A stretch of DNA of 64,000 nt from Klebsormidium nitens (lineage: Eukaryota; Plantae; Klebsormidiophyceae): contig DF237192.1 in NCBI GenBank assembly GCA_000708835.1, positions 59,878 to 123,877 of the forward strand, written 5' to 3'. Shown one piece after another: positions 57,361 through 64,000 of the stretch. Each line of letters begins with the position of its first letter. Position 1 is the first letter of the stretch. The notes beneath the pieces are model-generated. The model saw only the letters and a list, made by a program, of their open reading frames with translations, was not told the origin of the DNA and searched no databases. A program made the translations under genes and the position numbers.

Positions 57361-60300
57361 CACAACTTTCCGATCTTTAGATGTTGTTCGGGTGGACAGC
57401 CAGCGCATCGTATCTGTTCCGTTGGCTGAGCATCTGACGGCCTTGCATGTAGCCGAAGATCTACCTTCACGTGAAGAGCAATGATTAGGTTGTACAGAGG
57501 CGTTTCAGGCGGAGTACGGATAAACTGAAACCTTTCAAGTTGGGCGCATTGTTTGTTGGAGGTTTGAGCGTCAAAGTATTCGATAGTCGCAGGAATTTAC
57601 CAGGGGGAAAGAATATGCCGTAAAACTCGAACTCTAAAAGAAAAATCAAGGGCGAGGTGGTGGGCTATGAGCCCTCACCCGAGTACATGTCAACGTTGGA
57701 TATACGGGTACGCCGGTACGGGACTGAATTGTGCCCGGAATATTGTCACCGGCCTCATACCTGAGCTTAAATCAACGGTATGTACAAAACGCGGCCAGTA
57801 ATTTGGCCCAAACTCGCATCACTCCCAAAAGGATTTCTGACAATGACCAGCGACGTATGGAATTTCAACCTGGCCCAGAGGAAACCGAACCCGACTGCGC
57901 CTGGGCAGTGGGCACCGGGCAGTAGAGGTATCAGTCGAGACATTGCCGTTTGCTATTGGGGGGTAACGTACTCTACATTTTCCAGCCCCTGGTTGACCTG
58001 TAAGACCATTCCCACTGAAGCACCATAATCATTTTCAGGTCATTCACACATGTCGGAAGACTGTCCATTCGCCGCTCGTGTGAGTGACGCAATATAACGT
58101 AAGTGGATAACTCTCAAGTGCGAGCCTGAATTCGCGGTAATGCCAGCACAGACGGTGCGTACTCGGCTGCTGATGTGGACCCTCTACAGGCTGCGAGTCT
58201 GGTTTCTGTGATCGTGACATTTATCAATCTTTTGTCGAAGCATGTAGTTAGTTTTCACTTGCAATAGTTTTCCACGCACTGTGACGATAAAAGGTTTATC
58301 CGCACCTGGGCGGAACGTTGAATCAGAGGATGTCTGCCCACGTGGTTTCATGATTGTCTTCTGGCGTACGGCGCCAGACCTGCGCACCCCATTGGCTGCT
58401 TCTGATCATGCTGGCCCAAATGCTAGCGCGCCACCTGTGCAAGGACATGTCAGACTCAGGGAGCTTTGACTGTGCAGAGGGCCGTGTGCGGTCTCTGCGG
58501 CCTCTTCCAAAGTTTCCTTCTGATCCTTGGAAGGCGAAGAAATTTTCTTCAAGAATCGAAGTTCGAAGCCTTGGAAAAGAAGTCATCCAGGCAAGATTTT
58601 GAACCACGCGTGTGCACTGTGAAGAACACCTTCCAGGCTGCTTCCAAGCCTGAAATCCTAGACTGAGATTCCAGTGACGAGACGATACTTGCCCTCGTCC
58701 CCAAGGTGGCCAGCTGATTTGCTGGCGATCTCTCAAAGCAGCGACGTTGCCTCTGTTGAGGATCATCACCAGCTATCTGCAGTTGCTGATCTGTGCTTGA
58801 TCCCGCTGTGCAACTCTTGCTGAGGGCAATGGAGGTGCAGATCATGCCTGCCCTCAACATTGGTGGCCCTTGGCAGACCTCAGCAGATATGATCCATCCT
58901 TGGAGCTCTCTTGCAAGCTCAGCTGTCGGGGCAGCGGTAGAATGGCAGCAGGATAAGGGGGACAAGAGTCCCACCTGGAGCTTGGATGTGGGAGCAGTGT
59001 GGAATGCTGACTCACCCACCAGCAAGAACCATTCCCAGCCAAAGGTGAGCTTTCAGGCTATAATCGTTTTTCTTTAAGTTTGCCACAGCATTGTTGGGAT
59101 TGACAGGGAATCCATGAAAGTTGATGATCTGCAATTGGACAAAGTCTGGTCAAAGTGCCTGCTGCGTGATGATCTTCTTATGAGCAGCATACCACTTTCT
59201 GCAGAACCTGGAGTCTGGGGACTATGGATAGACTTCGTATAGAGGGGCAGGGTTCATTGAGCAGGCAGGATTCTCTGTGCGGTGCGTTTTCTATCATGAG
59301 TTGTGTAACTTCACAAGGGGGCAAGGAAGCACCATTGGGTTGAAGGTAGGCTGATTTGATATCAAGCCGTATTCGACGCACATCACAGTCAGGGGTTCGC
59401 TTATAGGCAGTAGGGTACAGATTTGATTAATGTTTGTGTAGCTACTGCTTCTCTGGTCAGTCTGAGACATTTAGTTGGAAAGTCTTGGAGATCAATATGC
59501 ATCACAGTGGCATCAGGGTTCAGAAGCCACCAGGGTCTGATCGGCTGCTGTTGATCAGCTATGCCCTTTCTCCTTGATCTGCCCCTTTTTCAGTTTTTGA
59601 GAAGCTGAGACGCTTCTCATCGTACCTGATCATTGTTACAGAGCCCCTGGCCAATGCGATGGATGTCATCAATAACCCTGTTGCAGAACTACCTTGTTTT
59701 GGCACCAAGTATGCAATGCTGGAAAGACCTTTTAGATGGGTGATCCTCCACCTAGGATGAAGGGTCAAATAGTTAGTTCTGGATCAGAGGAGCTACTCTT
59801 TGGTAATGACATGTGTTCTGGCTGTTCGTGGGTTGATAGAGATTCTTCTAACCAGGAGGTGGCCTGACTGATCAAGCTAAGTGGGTGCTTCTTTGACTAC
59901 TAGCATGGATGGTAGCTTATCTGAGAAGGCATGAGGTGTCAGATTGTCTTTGTCAATAATCTGCTTCTAAAGCACGACGTGCTCACCGTGGGGATGGGAG
60001 CATGGAATGAAGGGGCAGATCAATTCCATACATGGGGCTCTGAATTCAGAGGGGAATATCAGCTGAGAGTTTTGTCATGCCAGTGTTTTCTGGTTTCGGA
60101 TATGGTTTCCCAGCCTAGATTCACAGACTCTGCAATGGCTTTTGTTTTAGAATACACTTTTTGGTTTGGTTTGGAGAGCCGTCTTGATGCCTTTTGTCTA
60201 CAACCAAAGATGGTGCCCTGGTTGCCATTTTGTTGATCATGGCAGTTCAGTTTGTTCCAATCCATCAGCTCAGTTTAGATCCCCTGTTCAGTTTGAAGCC

Positions 60301-60708
60301 TTTTCATACTTATGTTCCTCCAGGTACTGATCATTTGGTATTGATGGATATTCATTTGAGTCCAGCATTGTCTGTAGCGTCCAGAAGACTAGTCTGTTGA
60401 GTTCAAACTCCTGGCCCCACCTTTGCGACGTGTTTTCTTCCTGTATCAATGACGTTGATGCCCAGTGAAAGAGGTTCAGAACCTCTTTCAAGCCCGAGAT
60501 TCTCCTTTCAAGTCTGATCATTCCCTTTGTTCCTTCACCATTCACAAACAGGTATCAGATTCATATGCCATAGAAGATCCATGATCTTGTCAGATCACCT
60601 TCCTCACAGGATGCCAAACTCTTACCATATAGGCCCTCTCTCCCAGGAGCTTATCCTGACAGTCTCTCTTGCCCCCCTTTGCAGCCCATTGAGCGTTCTT
60701 CTTCTTCC

Positions 60709-60954
60709 ATGCGCCCCCTCTCCTCCCACAACCGCCGGAAACCGCTCTCTGTGAGACCGCCCCTCAGCCTGGCGGTTCCTCCCAGTCCTGTGTACAGCGG
60801 CAAGTTTTCGCCTGGCAACAGCAACCGCAGCGATCTCGAGGATCCCGACACGCCTACAGAGGCTGACAGCAGCAAGCTGGGTAGCCCCCGGACGTGCATC
60901 AACTGCGGCACAACAAAGACGCCCCTTTGGAGGAATGGGCCCGAGGGCTACAAG
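60709..60954 (+). CDS. GATA zinc-finger transcription factor, exon with first half of the finger (start codon uncertain)
   Basis: ...SPRTCINCGTTKTPLWRNGPEGYK, donor GTATGG at 60955; an in-frame acceptor tttgcag at 60684 means upstream exons are possible. Confidence 0.85.
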
Positions 60955-61567
60955 GTATGGTTTGTAGTCAACTCATCTTCCAAATGGATTTGGCTTGAAG
61001 TTGGATGCAGACCTTTGTCGGCTTCTGAGGATCTCATGCTAGTCTTTGAGGATCTGTACGGTTCTGATCCTTAGTTGGTTCTTCTCCATCTTCAAAGGGT
61101 CTTTTATGAGGACTTCTTCATCTTTACAGGTTCTCTCATGAGGACTTCAATGCTGTTTGTGATGGTTTTCTGACGGCGCCTCAGGATCCCTTGTTGGCGG
61201 CTCCTTTGCTTGATTCTCCTGTTTCTTGTCAAGTAGTGTCCTTATTTTCCTTCTGCTCATACTGTACTGCAAGTAGGACATATTTCTAACCATTCTGAAC
61301 CGTTGTCTTATTAGCTTGCGGGGACAGAGGTGCCTCTTATATGAATTAAAGATTGAACTTTGTCAAATGCATTGGGTGATCCCTAGAAGTTGGTCGCATC
61401 TTTGAGTTGGACGACACCTGATAGTGATGCCACCCCCTGTCAGCATTTCTTTCCTTTGTTCGTCATTCCTTTCCCATGTCTTGACAAATTTGATCTGTAC
61501 ATACTAGCAGTTTGTCTTGAAGCTTTTGATTTCAGTTCGCTCATTCTTCCTGCTCTCCCTCCTGCAG

Positions 61568-61969
61568 TCCCTGTGCAACGCATGCGGCATCCGTCTGAAG
61601 AAGCTCAGCAAGAAGGGGACGCCCTCCGCTGGCCGGTCTGCCGCCCCCGCAACGCCAAGCCCGAAGCCTGCGACCAAGAAGCGCTCCTCCCCACTGCAAA
61701 GAGGGGGAAGCAGCGACATGACCGACGATATCGCTACCTTTTCAGCAAAGAGGCTAAAGGTCGCCGTTGGGCCGATCAAGAAGAGGTGGGTGTTGGAAGA
61801 GGAGGTGACGAGCAGCCTGCATAGCTTTCGAGGAGCGCTTCCACGGTGGGGGGTAAAAGGTGGGGCGAAAGTGGAGGGGTATGAGGATGAGGAGATTGGG
61901 GACGGGGATCTGGCTGTGGAGCATGGAGCGCAGTTGCTGATGATGCTTGCCTATGGATTCGCCAGGTGA
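61568..61969 (+). CDS. GATA transcription factor, last exon
   Basis: cctgcag|SLCNACGIRLKK completes the C-X2-C-X18-C-X2-C finger; ends ...EHGAQLLMMLAYG..* like the C-terminal LLM domain of plant B-class GATAs. Confidence 0.9.
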   Translation, partial: SLCNACGIRLKKLSKKGTPSAGRSAAPATPSPKPATKKRSSPLQRGGSSDMTDDIATFSAKRLKVAVGPIKKRWVLEEEVTSSLHSFRGALPRWGVKGGAKVEGYEDEEIGDGDLAVEHGAQLLMMLAYGFAR

Positions 61970-64000
61970 AGGGCCCGATTGAAAGGCGAAATAAGGAATA
62001 AGATGGTCGTTGCAAATAACGATGAAAGAGCGCATGGTATTCATGGTACATCCCAAGAGACGCAGCGCTTAAAGACATTTTTGTAATTAGAAAGACGTTT
62101 TGAACTTAGCGGCGACGAGCTGGCCATGGGCATGGCCGGCGACATTGACATTGACGCCGCAAGCAAACGAGGCACTGAGCTTGTATTCTACATAGGCTAT
62201 AGGGACAGGGGGAGTGGTTAACATGGAGGATCCGCCTCGCTGGTCAAGTATGAGGTTAGCGAGGGTGTTAGTTTTAGACGGCAGATTATAGATTGTAGTA
62301 GCTAGTTATGTAGCAAGTCTATTAACCCATCGAGTGACATGTGCACAAAAAACTGAAATGCCTATTAGCTGAGAGCGCGCCCAATTCAAGGGGCATCCGC
62401 GTGATGTAAGGACGGATGGTCCATATAGATTATAGTTTAGTTCTAGTGCCTTCCTAAGGTCAGTCTGTCTGGCCGGTCATTTACCGTCTTAGTGTACTGG
62501 TTCGGAAGCTAACAAATGAAGCCCTGGCACTTGGAAGACGGTTGGGATGCTTCAACAAGATATATGTTGATCGCGAGTCGAAGTTACTGAACAGATATGA
62601 GTTCTGCGAGTCATCCCATGGAGTTCTGCATTTGATTGGAAGGTTGCATCTCTTTCAATATTACCTAATCAAATATGCACGGCGGCCAGCTGACTCGAAT
62701 GAATGGTAAGCGTTGCATTGGTTGACAATGCCAATCGAATGTGTCCGAAGGATGCATGCCGTGCCATATGTAGCAGTGAGTCGGTAAGTTTGGGTTGCAA
62801 CTAAGTTTGCGACAAGACCACATCGACGAAATTGAGTGAGACTGCTGTTTGTAGCGATGGCGGCGGAAGTTGGAAGGCTCTGGTTGCGATGCACGATGTT
62901 ATATGATACACAATCCGACCGGACCGTTTCAAGTTGAATTACAAGCATGCACCGTCGGATTCAGATGGTAATCTCTCAGATCATGGCCGTCCGATACTAT
63001 TGTCAAATTTGTATAATATCAAGGTACTCATATATCCTATGAGCTCCTCCAGACCGTCCCTAACTCAAAAGAGACAGCTAGTGCAGTGCAGCAGAGCTAC
63101 CACTATAGCAAATCGATCGCGAGCTAGGCCCGCCGCAGACGTATAGGTCTCTAAAATTTTCTAGAGCTAGGCAACTAGTCGATACTTTTCCTTATTTACA
63201 GCTGTTCAATCACTCGTTATTATGCCGCATGCTGCGTGGTGTCCAGGACCGTCCTTACGGTCCGAGTCTCCGTCAGAGCGGAGGTGTTCTATTTGCAATG
63301 ATGCCGGAAGCGAAGAGTCAATCGGTTGATCGAGCTTAGTAGCGCGGGCACGATCAGCGCAGCCACCCGATATATCACATTGGTATTGGTCATGCCTGCA
63401 TGCGCTTGCAACTCGGTTTGCAGGTGGCATGCAGTATGCAATATTTGCAAAACTAATTGAGTCAGTCATGCATGTGGTACACATTCAACTCTATTGTTCG
63501 TTTGAACTTTTAGAGTTCCGCCGTGCACGCATTCCTTCGATTAATTTAATCCGTCCATTGCTGAATCAGGAATCTGAGTGATCAGCGACTGATCACGCGC
63601 ACCGACTAAGCCAGAATTTGAAGAGCTGCATGAGTTTTAGCGGCATGATGTCGTATGATTGGCCCCATGCCTTGTGCGAGGCAATATAGTAGAAAGTGTC
63701 CATGTTGTAACGGGCTGTAAGAACAGACTCTGTTCTGAATGGTGGTTTGCGATCGGGTGCCTTGAATTTGCCAAACTTCCGAGGTTCTAAAAGTTCGCGG
63801 CTATACTCGAGATTGTGCTGGTACTACAGAGTCAACCTGAGACTTTTGGATAAGTTGATGGTCAAAATGGCGAACCTGCAAGTGATTCCACCTTGTTGTG
63901 AGTGAGTAGCGTTTTATCAGAAAGCTATTGAAGCTTAGATTGACTGTAAATTATAGATTCGTCTAGAATGAGAAGCGGTCGGAAGATTGTCACGATGTAT

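Noticed and set aside
17000-58000. Short 60-200 aa ORFs rich in Arg/Ala in the intergenic array
   Set aside because: They coincide with GC-rich islands where stop codons are rare; no domains and no codon bias
62109-62160. GCGGC..GACGA..TTGA-CGCCGC downstream of the GATA gene as a family member
   Set aside because: Box C is incomplete and the hit is isolated; too weak to call

Overview
Eukaryotic nuclear DNA from the green plant lineage; a streptophyte alga such as Klebsormidium is my best guess (inference from land-plant-like RPC1, GC3-rich exons and intron density). Positions 1-16560 hold the 3' part of the RNA polymerase III largest-subunit gene (NRPC1/RPC1, + strand, 12 exons visible). 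Positions ~60.7-62.0 kb hold a two-exon GATA zinc-finger transcription factor gene. The ~44 kb between them has no convincing protein gene. Two unexplained systems stand out. (1) A family of about 50 short (55-85 nt) box C/D-like RNA units, all on the + strand, with the layout terminal stem (mostly GGCA) - box C (RTGAYGA or AGGAYGA) - variable segment - usually a hairpin (consensus TGGGC-N4-GCCCA) - variable segment - box D (CTGA/CCGA) - complementary stem (mostly TGCC). They fill the two long RPC1 introns and the whole intergenic interval, are interspersed with repeated CGCG-rich islands, and were amplified by tandem and segmental duplication. The scaffold is conserved while the guide-position segments are not. 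(2) RPC1 introns carry dead copies of exon ends, usually with their splice site, that differ from the live exon mostly at synonymous positions. Two small MITEs are also present. All counts and alignments were done by eye; no database search was possible.
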